The position numbers and the translations under genes were made by a program. DNA of 64,000 bases from Callorhinchus milii (taxonomy: Eukaryota): NCBI RefSeq assembly GCF_018977255.1, contig NW_024704743.1:20648001-20712000 (forward strand). The letters are read 5' to 3'. Positions 37,306 through 50,085 of the stretch are shown here, piece after piece (position 1 is the first letter of the stretch; every line of letters starts with the position of its first letter). The notes under the pieces were generated by a model. It saw nothing but the letters and a program-made list of their open reading frames with translations. It did no database searches and was not told where the DNA came from.

Positions 37306-37725
37306 TCAGCCTGGCTCAGTTGGTAGCACTCTCACCTCAGAGTCAGAAGGTTGTGGATTCAGGATCCACATTAGAACTTTGATCTCACATAGTTTAATTT
37401 GACACTCCAGTGCAGTGCTGGGTGTACGCTTCACAACTATATCCTTCAGTCAATCTGAGGTCCCATTTACCCATTCAGGTGGACATTAAAGATCTCATGG
37501 CATTATTCCAAATGGGAAGGCAGTTTCTCCTGGTGACTGGCCAACAATCCCCCAAATAAAATTGGTCGCTCATTCCAAGGTTCTTTGTGGGACATTGCTG
37601 TGCTCAAATTAGTTGCCGCATTCACCTACAATATCGACAGTTAATAAACTTTACAGTAAATCCATGATGTACTTTGAGCCATCTTCCCAACATGAAAGAC
37701 TCAATATTAAATGCAAAGAGTATTA
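37306..37725 (+). mobile_element. Deu-domain SINE, near full length
   Basis: GTCAGCCTGGCTCAGTTGGTAGCACTCTCACCTCAGAGTCAGAAGGTTGTGG head; CAGGTGGACATTAAAGATC core; L2-type tail. Confidence 0.85.
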
Positions 37726-38929
37726 AATGCTAATAACTTTCAAATGTTGTTTTCATATTTTAATACAGATGCAGTAATATTTTAATTACATTTAACATAG
37801 TAAGAGAAATGCCATTTGACGGATCAATACAACTCCTTCCCATGTATAATGCAAAAACCATTGCCAAAGAATAGGTAGTATAAATGCTATTTAACAAACA
37901 CATCAATAGCAATTTGGGTAAGATACAGTTCCAGAAAAAATTAAAAATTTTGAATAATAAAAATATAAAATGACAGAACTTCCACTTTGCTTTCTAGGTT
38001 TCATTGTTCTATGTAATTGAGATAGCTTCTGATTCATGGTCAGCTTAATAAGCAGTTAAGATGGTCAGGGGTGCACAGATGGACATGTAAGCTCTCTGCT
38101 CCTGCCTTCTGTCACTGTCTCATTTGTTCCTTGTGCCTTCACTTTCCAGTGAGAATTGGGAGATGGAATTCACCCAGCCTTCCTACGCAAGCAATAAAGT
38201 AGTTAGTCTGATGCTTAGGAGATCAGGGCAATTCCATCGCTCATGGAATCAATCTAACTCTCTTGATTGACGTGCAAGCAGGGGTCTGGAGAGCAGGTGG
38301 TAAAGATCAGGGAATCTTGGAGAATGTCCACTTATCTCTATTTATAGAGAACATTCAATAACAAGCAGAAGAAATAAACATGGTTATAACCCATCTATAG
38401 CAAACAAAAGAAATGAGGGGGAGTGAAACACTAAATGCATTTTAATAACCCACTTATTGAAACAGAATAAGTAGAAGGGTTGGGAGAAAAACACTACACA
38501 TCTAGGACTTAGAAAGAATATGCATCTGTGTGATACCATTAATCAAAACAAATATTAATTTTAGAATTAAGACTACATTGTGTCACCCACAAAATATACA
38601 GTCAATTCAACTTTCAGCATCTGTGAAGCACTTTGAGACATCACCTCACAAGCGACAGAACCTAGGTTTGATTCCCAGGCAGGGCGAAACATTGGGGAAG
38701 TTTCCTTACTTCACACGCCTCTGTTTACCGAGCAGTAAGTAGGAACCTGGTTGTTAAGACAATTGGTGGATCTTTCTGGTCTGCATGGTTTAGTGTTGCA
38801 TTGAGCAGTACCCTCAGCCGTTAGTCTGTTGGTGGAGCTAAATTCATCTAATTGTATTTAGCATCACAAAGAATTCAGATTATACAGTGTAATCTTGAAC
38901 TTGATTTCACCCACTCAAAATCTACAATC

Positions 38930-39610
38930 TACAAAAAACACAAATTAAATTTGTATATTGCCTTTCACGTGGGGGAGGACGTCCCAACATGCAGGGAGTC
39001 AAGGATTTGCACCTGATCTGGAGTTTGGGATCAGGAGGGGTGCAGAGTAGGGAGGAACACCCCCTTATTCCCCCATATCCGTGCTGGGTGATGACACGAA
39101 TATGGGGGAGAAAGGACAGTTGAGGGTCGAACAAGACGCCCAGGTTCCTGACTGGCTTGGTGAGGTGGAGTGTGCGACCGTGGATGTTGATGCTGCCAGT
39201 GCCTGAGGTGTTGAGGTGCTGGCGCGAGCCAATCAGGAGAGCCATAATATTGCTGACATTCAGCTGTAGAAAGTTTGCTCTCATCCAGGACTTGATGTCA
39301 GACAGACTGTCAGGACATCAGTTGTCCTGGAATCGAGGGTGGAGGCAAAGGGATAGAGTTGGGTGTCATCCGCGTACACGTGGAAGTTGACCTCATGTCT
39401 GCAGATGATGTCAACAAGTGGACACATGTAGAGGTTGAAGAGGAGGTGACCCAGGACAGAGCCCTGAGGAACACCACACTGTGCAGAGACAAATTGGAGA
39501 CAGTGTGAGAGATAAGACCTGAACCATTCAAGGACAGAACATTGAAGGTTGAAGTGAGAGGAGAGGCGCTGGAGGAAGATGGAGTGGTTTACAGTATTGA
39601 AGGATGTGGG
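38930..39610 (-). mobile_element. L2 LINE with internal deletion
   Basis: ORF 38922-39284 '[37 protein letters not shown]' is joined directly to 3' UTR; '[10 protein letters not shown]' lies upstream. Confidence 0.88.
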
Positions 39611-39649
39611 GGTGGGGAGTGGGGGGTGGAGAAGAGAGAGAACTAACTT

Positions 39650-40060
39650 GGTCTGTATTCCATTTAGTTTGGAAGGTTAAGGGGTGATCTGATTGAGGTG
39701 TTTAAAATAATAAACAAATTTGAAGGGGTAGCTACAGAGAAACTCGTTCCTCTGATGGGAGGAATCCAGAAGAAGGGGGCATAATCTTGAAATTAGAACT
39801 AGGCCATTTGGGAGTGAAATTATTAAGCATTTTTTCACCCAAAGGATAGTGTAAATATGGAACTCTCTCTCCCAAAAGGCTGTGGATGCTGGATCCATTC
39901 AAATTTTCAATACTGGGGTGGATAGATTTTTGTTAGGTAAGGCGATGAAGGGATATAGGGCAAAGGCAAGTAATGGGAGTTGACGTACACATCAGCAACA
40001 ATCTAATAGAATGGCAGAACAGGCTCCAGGGGCTGAATGTCTTACTCCTGTTCCTATGAC
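39650..40060 (+). mobile_element. CR1 LINE 3' end
   Basis: GGAAGGTTAAGGGGTGATCTGATTGAGGTGTTTAAAAT ([11 protein letters not shown]); terminus GGGGCTGAATG.CTTACTCCTGTTCCTATG. Confidence 0.88.
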
Positions 40061-41019
40061 CCTAGAACAGAAATAACACAAAAAGTGAATCGAAGAGTGG
40101 CTTTTGGACTCTTCATAGGAGCCTTTCTTAAAAAAACAAGAACATCAGCATCATCACCAATATTTGTATCTGCAAATTTCAAAGTTCAGTATAGATGACA
40201 GAATACTTACCATAATCACTAACTGTATCACTTTTCCAATCATTTAAAAAAGGCAAATACGAAGTCAAAACCAGTAACAATCTAAATAACATTCATAAAA
40301 ACATATTCAAAACTCTAAAGAGATATTGTCATCTGTTAAAGTGTTTCGCAAGTATTTGTTACCCTCAACAGGGCCATAAATTTGGAGTAATAAAACATTC
40401 AAACATTTTCCATTCTATTTCAGTGAATTAATGCTCCAATAAACTTCTACGGGTACTCCAGCAACTCAATTAAGAGATTCAAGTACAAATTACAGACTTA
40501 GGTGGCCAGAATGATGCAAATGTGTAAACATAGGGATAGGAGCAGGCACATTTGGCCTGCTGCAGCATTTCATTCCATCATGGCAGATTCTTTAATCCAT
40601 ATCCTTCAAAATTCTTACTTCCCAAATATTTATTTATCTCCCTTTTACACATCCTCAATCAATTCTGAGGCTAAATCCTGCTGAAGCAATGTCAACCACA
40701 TTCTCACAATCCCTCATGTAAAGAAATAATTTGACTTCACAAAGGCGAAGCCGAAGATGCTTCGATCCATCTGATCTAAAAGAAAGAGTCCAGTGTCGGG
40801 CCTCAACCACCCTTCCTGTTTCAATTGCTAAAATAAAGAATACCCTAAAGGAAAAGTACTACGCCCAGTCTTGCATTTCTCTTCGCAGCAGGCTACAAAG
40901 TAGCATTAGCTGAGGAATGTGCATGGTAGACAGATTACAAGTGGGAAAAGGTAGTTTAAAATAAAATCCCCATATGTATTTTTTATGAGATGTAGCGAAT
41001 TTTTCCCGACTCTTTCCCC

Positions 41020-41412
41020 CACAATCTGCAGATCATTCAGAACTCTACAGCTCATGTCCTCTACCTCACCAAGCTCCGTGGCCCTAGCACCGCTACCCTC
41101 ACCCGCTCCACTGGTTCCCCTTACCCCAGAGGATAGAGTTCAAAATCCTTGTCCTTGCCTTCAAAGCCCTCCACCGCCTTGCTCCTCCCTACCTCTGTGA
41201 CCTGCTGACTCCATACAGCGCCTGCTCCATGTCCCCTGCTAGGTTCAGCCCACCATCAGCGGTCAGGCCTTCAGGTTTTCTACCCCCACCCTTTGGAACG
41301 CCATTCCCTTCACTTCGCCCACTCCCATGCCTCCTTCAAGGCTCGTCTCAAGACCCTCATCTTCAACTGCACCTTCAGTCACCCTCCTATTCCGACACTC
41401 CCTACCTTCACA
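41020..41412 (+). mobile_element. L2 fragment abutting an assembly gap
   Basis: CAGATCATTCAGAACTCT..., CTCCACTGGTTCCCC...TTCAAAATCCTTGTCC. Confidence 0.8.
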
Positions 41413-41437
41413 NNNNNNNNNNNNNNNNNNNNNNNNN
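41413..41437. other. assembly gap (25 N)
   Basis: Run of N. Confidence 1.
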
Positions 41438-41640
41438 TGATCATATCCTCACTTCATATGCACATTTCCTTATGAGACTTTCTATAAAGATCAAGAGTGG
41501 GAACCCTAGCAGATTTGTTCACCCTTCATAAACCGAGCACCGAGCCTAATTGTAATACACCCTCTCCCACCCCAACATACACACACACACACACACCCTC
41601 TCCAGCTGAGATCAACTAACTCAACACAGACCTGGCATGT

Positions 41641-42332
41641 AACAACAACAACAACAAGATTCCATTTAGGGAGCGCCTTTCACGTCGGGAGGACGTCCCA
41701 AGGCGCTGTACAGTTGGGTCAGGACTCGATCCTCTGGGGGATGGGGAGCCAGTGGAGGCGAGCGAGGGTGGGAGTGATGTGGTCGCGGTGCGGGACAGTA
41801 CACGAGCTGCAGAGTTCTGAATGACCTGCAGCTTGTGGAGGGAGGTGGCGGGAAGGCCGGCGAGGAGAGAGTTCCCATAGTCCAGCCTTGAGGTGATAAA
41901 GGCGTGGACCAGGGTTTCAGCAGCGTGAGGGGTGAGGTAGTGCCGTAGTCTGGCGATGTTCCGGAGGTGATGGAAGGCGGTACCAGTTGTGGTGCGGATA
42001 TGAGGGAGAAAGGACAGCTCAGGGTCAAACAGAACCCCGAGGTTCCTGACCGGCTTTGAGAGGTGGAGAGTGCAGCCTTGGATGCTGATGCTGTCAGCGC
42101 CAGAGGTGCGGAGGCGCTGACGTGAGCCAATCAGGAGGGCCTCAGTTTTACGCACGTTGAGCTGAAGAAAGTTGTCTCTCGTCCAGGACTCAATGTCGGA
42201 CAGGCAGCTGTCAGGACATCGGTGGTCGTGGAGTTGAGGGTAGAGAAGGAAAGGTAGAGTTGGGTGTCATCCGCATACATGTGGAAGTTAACCCCATGTC
42301 TGCGGATGATAATAATCACCAAGGGTGAGCAT
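41641..42332 (-). mobile_element. young L2 LINE with internal deletion
   Basis: ORFs 41616-42155 and 42131-42457 ([25 protein letters not shown]); (GTT)n tail. Confidence 0.92.
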
Positions 42333-45300
42333 ATACCTGGGGCTCCTGGGCAATATATCACAACACAATATATCTTGGTGCATTCATCATCAGGGAACCA
42401 TAGAACATATTTTTTGTAAAACTGGCACCAATTTAGATTGCTGAATGCTGGCTTCAACTCTTCACTGTTCCTTGTGAGATGGGAGCAGACAGTATGAAAT
42501 AGCCAGAATAAGTTAACTGAAATAAATTATAAATGCATTTGTTGTGAGTAAAATAAAAGAACAGTAAAGATACTGAATGAGGCCTGCCAGTCAATCCTTT
42601 TATGGAGAAACACCAGAGGGTATACCTCTTACAATACAGCTTGCAATTTTTAAACCGAAGTGAAATTATTTCACTCCCATATTTTGGAATTTGAACCGGG
42701 GTTGCATTGATTATATACAGTTGTTGTATATAGAGTTACTGTATATAATAGCATTTCAAGGTATCAAAATACATTTAAAAACCAGCCAAGGCTGAAGCTT
42801 TATTTTGCACTCATTAACTTCATAATGAATTCTGCTAATACACATCACAAAAGAGGTGTTACATATTGTGTTTGCCAAGGAAAGAAAGAACAATCTTGCA
42901 CTTTTATAGTGCCTTCCTACATTAAAGTGTCTCCAACACTTTACAGTAAATATTGTCAAATTCAGCAACCATTTTGTAGTCAGCAAATTAGTCCTTCTCA
43001 GTAGCATTCTATTGGTGTGTCAGCTTCAACTGTGAACTCAAATCCCAACTTGGGGTTTCACATCCACAATCCTCTGATATATGAGGGTCCAACTGACTGA
43101 ACCAAGCTAAGAAATAATTATTACAGTTTTAAGAAATCTATATATAAGGTTAGATACATGACGTTTCATTACATGGTTCAGCAATGAATACCTAAGATCT
43201 ATGACCATTTTTAATTATATCAACATCTTAATATTTTATCTAGTTTAGTCCAATTGCATTTACAATGTTTTCAAATCATATTAAATGTATTTTTGTATTA
43301 AGTAGAATATAGTGGATTGGAAGATAATGGACAAAGGCTTATATTTGATAACTTGGACCAGCTGAAACTGTTTTAAAATCTGTAAATTTACTACATGAAT
43401 TATTTAAATAAAATACATTCTCTATTATTTAAATCACTGTGACCATTTCCTAGACTGGTCTTTTATTGAAGCAGTATCCGAGTGGCACATTGTAGATTTG
43501 AAATCAGATATTATAATTTTGCTTTTTTCCCTGTTTATATAATCTTTTAATGTTTTTATAGTATAACACTTCCTTCTCCCACTAAAATGATGTTCAGTTC
43601 AAATTAAGATGAACCAAATTGATTGTGATGTTCCAAGGTTTATATCAAAGAGTGGACAGATTTAGTTAATACACCAGACAGTATTACATTTCCAATCTGA
43701 CTTGGTGTCTTGAATTTTTTGTAGTAATTGCAAAAGGCACAAGATTCACATTAGTCATTTATATCAGTCTAATGGAAATCTGCTGCTGCACAACAGGATA
43801 ATGTCCAAGGTCAAAAGGTGGCAATTTTTACTCCCAATGTATATTCAGAGTAAATAAATCTACTGTTTATATTTGAACAATTAGTTCTATTCAGTTACAA
43901 GTTAATTAGAATTTGCACATGAGCTACAGATAAAATGTTAGAATTGTGTCACTTTTATTATATCCCTATCAAAAATTATTTAATTTATTTATTCAGTACC
44001 CAATATAATAGTAATCCTTTTACTTGATATAATGTCTTCTCACGATGTTGAAACAACTTAAAGTGTTTCACGGAATTTATTGTAAAGTGCAGTTACTGTG
44101 TATTTGTAGACAAACTCAGCAACAAATTTGTGCAGAGCAATGTCCCACAAATAGCCTGAAAGTGAAAAACATTTATCTTGGGGGATTGTTGGCCAGGACA
44201 CTGGACAAAATTCTGGGAAGGGTCATCAGGTATGAACTTCTCGCTTCAAGAGAAGCTGACACCTGGCTCAGTTGTTCAAAACCATGTCAGGTTAATTCAT
44301 GTTTTTTCAAACCATATGTTGAGGTCCATTTTGCTTGTTTTGTAATGATGGCACGGAAAGGGCCAACAATGTAATGGCAACACAAGCGTTAACAATAGTG
44401 GATTAGTATCCTAACAAAGGTTTTTGCTGGTAAGCAGGTGTGGTGAACATGCACGATAGCTCTCATTAATTGGGAAATTTGATCATGTGTTCAAGGTCTC
44501 ATAAAATGCTGGTCAGTATAGTGTTAGCACAATTGTTCATCCTGGCCTTGATATAATAATCCTTGCATTTGATATAGCGCCTTATCACGTCTTTGAGACA
44601 CAATGTTTGGAATGGTCATCAGATGTGAATGGTTAAATAGAAGTGCAGGTTGTGTTTCTTTAATAAGTAAAATTCATATAGCTTTTGTTGTAACAGAGGT
44701 ACAGTACTCCACTAACCCCTTGTTGCCACAGTGTATGTTTTGAGGACTTATATTTCTCCCCAATCTATCTGAATTTACTGTTAATTTCAAAACATTACAC
44801 TACAGTTTACAAATGGATTATCCCCTTCTAATTTAAAAGATGCAGTTTCGCCTCATTTGCCTCTTTAGTTTTCATTTACATTATCCACTGGGGATAATGC
44901 AAATATCCCACATGGCATGTGTAACATTTATTATTCATCTAATTCATTATTGAAAATGCATTTACATCCTTAAAAGCTCCTCTTATAAAATATAGCTGTT
45001 CTAAGCTAATTCTTTACTGTAACAGGAATTATAATTTTCAAACACTGCTCCTTATCGATGGTTCAGCATTTTCAAACTGAAATTATGGCATCCATTACAA
45101 GAAATCGTCTCAATATATTTAACATGCCCAGGACATCTGTAGCTCACTCTTTCCTGATGAAATCCTACTTATAGTGGGTCCTGTTAATAAAAATAATCCT
45201 CACCCTTCATGTCAGGAGAAACGTCTCCAAGCACTTACAGTGATTTAGTGACTGTATCTTGTAAACAAATGCCATAATAATAATAATCCTTACATTTGGT

Positions 45301-45354
45301 AAAGCACCTTTCATGTCAGGAGGATATCTCAAAGCACTTTACAGAATACAATGA

Positions 45355-45640
45355 AATAAATTTACATTTATATAACAGCTTTCAAGCACATTCCAAGGCA
45401 CTGGACAAGTCTAAGGTTTGCACTAAGCTGAGGATGGGAGTCGAGGGGGTTAGTGGGGGTGGGATGGAGTTTCAGTGGATGGGGACAGATATACTGAAAG
45501 CTTGACTGCAAATGGTGAGGAGAGGTACGTGAATGGGCTAAGTATTTGCAGCATTTGAAAAGGTTGCAGAGGTAGGTTGGGACAATACCATGGAGGGATT
45601 TAAAGGTTAGAATAATCATGTTGAATTCCGGGTATCTGGT
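45355..45640 (-). mobile_element. decayed L2 3' fragment
   Basis: 'ILTFKSLHGIVPTYL' in ORF 45368-45778; CCAAGGCACTGGACA tail. Confidence 0.7.
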
Positions 45641-45989
45641 ATTTGAACCTAGCCAGCCTGGGCCTGAACTCCTCCACCCTAAATGTGGAGCTGCACGCAT
45701 GTGGACTCCTGACTCACAACCCTTCTGGCCCCCACCAACACCGCACTGAGCAGCCTCACAGTCTTTGCTGGCCTTCACAGTGGCCTGGGATATTGACTTT
45801 GACTCAGATTGATTGAATGAGATTCAAATGATTACAATGCCGGCATTTTTGGGAAAAAATGAGCACAGCAATGTCCTACAAGAGTCATAGGAGTATCCAA
45901 ACTAATGGAACTTCTACAAATACAAAAAAGACCACATTTGTGGGTCACCACTTTATAGTGTATATAGGAGAATCACGAGGATGATATTA

Positions 45990-46385
45990 GGGATAAAAGG
46001 TTTCACTTATGATGGGAAATCATAGAATAGAACAGAAAAGGTTGAGACGAGACAGAATAGAGGTGATCAAAATTATGAGGGGTTCTGACAAGCTAAATAT
46101 GGGGAAAATAGTTCCTCCTGATCAATCATTAACTTGAGGGCATAAATTTAAGATTATTACCAAAAACAATGGAGGGTTCGGAGATTGTTTAAACAGAGGG
46201 TTAGTTTTGTGTCTTGCTCACAAAATATCCAGTCAATTCATTTTAGAGTATATTCTGTGAAGCTCTGTGAAGAGATGTCTCAAAGATGTGATCAGGCGCT
46301 ATATCAAATGCAAGGATTATTATAGGATTATTATTAGTTATGACTTGTAATGCCTGAACCTACGAGAAATGGTGGTTGACGCAGA
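45990..46385 (+). mobile_element. decayed CR1 fragment interrupted by a SINE 3' fragment (about 46205-46335)
   Basis: ATAGAGGTGATCAAAATTATGAGGGGTTCTGA...GGGCATAAATTTAAG; SINE tail GCGCTATATCAAATGCAAGG. Confidence 0.6.
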
Positions 46386-46389
46386 ATCC

Positions 46390-46600
46390 ATAACAACAAC
46401 AACTTGCATTTATATAGCGCCCTTCACACCGGACAGTGTCTCGGAGCACTTAACAGTTGGGAAGCCCGATGCCGAGCCAGTGGGAGGGGTAGGTGACTGT
46501 AGACACGGTCGAATAGGAAGATCTTCAAGCGCAACCTGAAAATCAGGAGAGAGGGATAAGGCAAAGGGACTGAGGGAGAGAGTTTCACAGCTTCAGGGTA
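46390..46600 (-). mobile_element. L2 3' end (second subfamily)
   Basis: (CAA)nCTTGCATTTATATAGCGCCC tail; 'LKIFLFDRVY'. Confidence 0.75.
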
Positions 46601-47934
46601 TTTTGAATGGGAATTTTTGAATGTTTTTCGTAAAGCATTCTTTGTGAGAAACATGTTTATATAAAAATATAGAAATTAACATGGATACTTTGGTTAAAAA
46701 AAACTTTTAAAAAGCATGGATTTATTTTTCTCCTCCTTCACATAGCTTTTCCCTCTTCAATAGCTTTGCATAACATTTGCATCTGGGTGACACATAGATC
46801 ACAAACTTCCTTTACCCATGGTGTCCAAATGAAGTTTCACAGGGTCAGTTGCAACTTATCTGGGATTCGCTAGTTACAGATCAACGTAAATCCCATTATA
46901 CTTCAAGGCAAATGGAACGAACATAATGTATGTTGGGTGTTATGTTCCATGCATCAATATGCTTTACTATGAGGCATTTCCTTTGAGACATGTTTGAATT
47001 CTCCAATTTCATGTATCTTATTATTACATTGCATGGACTGCAAATTAGCCTTTGTGAAAGGATAAGCAATTAGCCTTTTTGTTTGGAGTGAGGGAGATTT
47101 GGACTTCAAAAGAAAAAGACGTGCTAACTTCAATGAGAGATATCAGGAAGGTTTGTGGTTGAGGTGATATTGCACAAGGAAAAACTGCTTAATATAAAGC
47201 ACCCAGAAAGGAAGTGCCCTTGAAGATCTTGGCAAAAATTGACTAGTGTATAAAATAAATAGGACGAACAAGAAGATAAGAATACAGTGAAATAATCTGA
47301 AATAGAGTGGAAAAGAACAGCAAACCAACAGAGACGAGTGAGAAGCTCATTATCCAGGTTGTAATTTACACCTGCTGAGGAGCAGACCATTTTCCTGTTC
47401 ATTTGAATGAATACTGTTGGATTGTTATGTGCCTTGACATAGTATGTCTTCTAACCTAGGACCACTACCATCATCCCATGATAAAGAGCTTTAATTCACT
47501 TGATTTTTTAACTGTCTATTGGTGTCTACTGACCAATCAAAGGCAATGTCACCTAATGCTTTCATTTTGTGCAGAAAACCATTCACAAACTTCCCCGGGG
47601 CTTTGCTATGATCTTTGCCTCGTCAGATCAGGAGATATAAATATCATTCTTGAGGTGTTAAAGAAATCCCTAGTAGGTGCGTGAAATTCCACCTGGTAAG
47701 ATCATTTTGTCTTAAAATTTAAATTGGCACAGAAATTCAGGAAAATTCACTCATTTTAAAATATGTTGATCGGTAGTTTTTAAAATGAATTGGTACAAGG
47801 AGAGATATGTAAGCAAATTACTGTGTGAGAGGTGGAATAGGAAGATTGGTGACATTTAAGATCTACTTTTGTTAACCTTAAATTTCAACAATTGGAGCTA
47901 GGGTCATTCATTCTTGAAAAAAGATGTCTCAGAA

Positions 47935-48205
47935 GGAACATTATACACAGACAGCAGAAAAAGAAGACATAGATTTAGGATTGCAAAGGACAATTTCAGG
48001 ACAGATGCCAAGAAATATTTGTTACCCAGAGGTTTAATTACCAATTGTAACTGAATGCCAGGAAGGGTGGTTGAGGCCAGAATCCTGAACTTTAAAAAAA
48101 AGTTCATTGCTGTGATGGGAGGACAATAAGGTGAGTATTCTGGAAGGATGAAATCAAATGGGCTAAAGAACCTTCTTCATCTGAACCAATATTGTGATCT
48201 TATAT
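47935..48205 (+). mobile_element. ancient CR1 3' fragment
   Basis: GACATAGATTTAGG...TTACCCAGAG...GGTGGTTGAGGC..GATGAAATCAAATGGGC. Confidence 0.55.
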
Positions 48206-48344
48206 TTACAAGCTGCATCAATACCAGCTTGTGAGAATACTATCATTTTAAGAATTTCAGCATATACCATTGATAATTTTATTTAAAAATAAGGGAAGTT
48301 TTATCATGCATATTAAACAATTCATTTTATTTGACTGTCATCAC

Positions 48345-49519
48345 CCCCTCCTGGACCTTTCCACGGCGTTCAACACAGTGGGACCGCACTTGCCTGGTTC
48401 AAGTCCCACCTCACAAACCGCCAGCAGTACATCTGCACAAACGGCTTCTCCTCTTGCTCTCACCTGTGGGGTACCCCAAGGATCCATCCTTGGGCCCCTC
48501 CTCTTTCTGATCTACATGCTCCCTCTTGAGGATGTCATCATCCGCAGACATGGGGTACATTTCCACATCTCCGCGGATGACACCCAACTCTATTTTTCCA
48601 CCACTCTTTGCGACCCCCAGTCCCCTGATGTTCTGTCAGCCTGCCTGTTAGATCTCAGGGGTTGGATGAGCACAAATTTCCTTCAGCTGAACGTTGACAA
48701 GACGGAAGCCATATTCTTTGGCTCTCGTCAACGTCTAAAATCTCACGGCTCTCACCTCCTCCACCTACCTGACCTCCCTCTAAAACTCTCCGAAACCTTA
48801 CGCAACCTAGGCGTCAGGTTTGACCCCCAATTATCCTTCCTCCCCCACATCCGGTCCCTCACCAGCACCTCCTTCTTCCACCTCCGATGCATCGCCCGTC
48901 TCTGTCAATACCTCTCTCCGAAAGCCGCTGAATCCCTAGTCCATGCCTTTGTCACCTCTCGGCTGGACTATTCTAACACCTTCCTCGCCGGTCTCCCCTC
49001 CACTACCATCAATAAAATCCAGATCATTCAAAACTCTGCTGCCCGCATTCTCACCCGCACCGAATTCCGCTTTCCGATCACCCCAGTCCTCACCAGACTA
49101 CACTGGCTGCCTGTCCCAGAGAGGATCGACTTTAAGATCCTCACCCTTGTATTCAAATCCCTCCACTCCTCTGCACTCCCTTATTTCTCTGACCTCCTCT
49201 CCCCTCAAAACAGTACCCGTTGCCTTCGTTCCTCCGGGTCTGGCCTCCTCCTCGTCCCCTGAGTCCTCCACTCCACCCTCAGCGGCCATGCCTTCAGCCA
49301 CTATGGCCTGAGGCTCTGGAATTCCCTTCCTCACTCCTTCACCTCGCTCCCTCTCTTCCTATTTTCAGGTCCCTGCTTAAGACCTTTCTCTTTGACCGCG
49401 CCTTTGGTCACCTTCCTCCCCCTCCCCCCCTGGCTTGGCCCCGGGATCTGTTACAGTAAAGCGCTCTGAGATGCTATCCGGCGTGGAGGGCGCTGTATAA
49501 ATCCAAGTTGTTGTTGTTG
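48345..49519 (+). mobile_element. L2 LINE (second subfamily), 5'-truncated RT fragment
   Basis: ORF 48270-49262: LLDLSTAFNTV, GVPQGSILGPLLFLIYM, SADDTQLY (YADD mutated), SRLDYSN, LHWLPVPERIDFKIL; (GTT)n tail. Confidence 0.95.
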
Positions 49520-49684
49520 CTCATAAATAAGTCTTTTTTTTATTATTTAATACAGAGGATTTTAATTCAAGTACAAGATTATCCATTGGAAACAAATTTC
49601 TTCAGCCTGATATTCTCAAGCATGATGTACTTGTTACCATTTCTCATGGAGTCAACAGAAACCAGAGAAAACTTAAGCAGGGAA

Positions 49685-49810
49685 AACACTCTGGGGTCCC
49701 CATGCCGTGGTTCTCGCCAACCTACACCTAATATTGTTTGGATTAAGCAGGGTGCGTCTCTCCAGGGAAGAATGCTCATTCTGTTCCAGACAAAGGAAAA
49801 TTTCCATCTA
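49685..49810 (+). repeat. family X fragment
   Basis: ACACTCTGGGGTCCCCATGCCGTGGTTCTCGCCAACCTACACCTAATA matches 5600-5646 and 60555-60602. Confidence 0.7.
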
Positions 49811-50085
49811 GCTATATTTCCATGTGGCATACATAAATGAACTCTCAATCTGGTTTGAATCCTCTGAAGAATAATGATGGGTTTCTTTATGTATCAGACA
49901 CCCAGCTGACGTTAAAAAAAAACTGCCTGGAATTTAAATGATTTCTGCCACTAAATAGCATTACTTTTTTTTCCAAAACAAAGTAGTACAGTAATTGATA
50001 GTTTCAGCCCCCTTTTATGCCTCTATTTTTCTGGAAAGTTATTCTGAAAGTTCTGGAAAGTTCTCCCTGGTTCCTTTTCTACTCC

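Noticed and set aside
40735..40776. Minus-strand peptide DQMDRSIFGFAFVK, reminiscent of DOCK C2 domains
   Set aside because: The frame closes within a few codons, runs into a CR1 relic and has no suitable donor.
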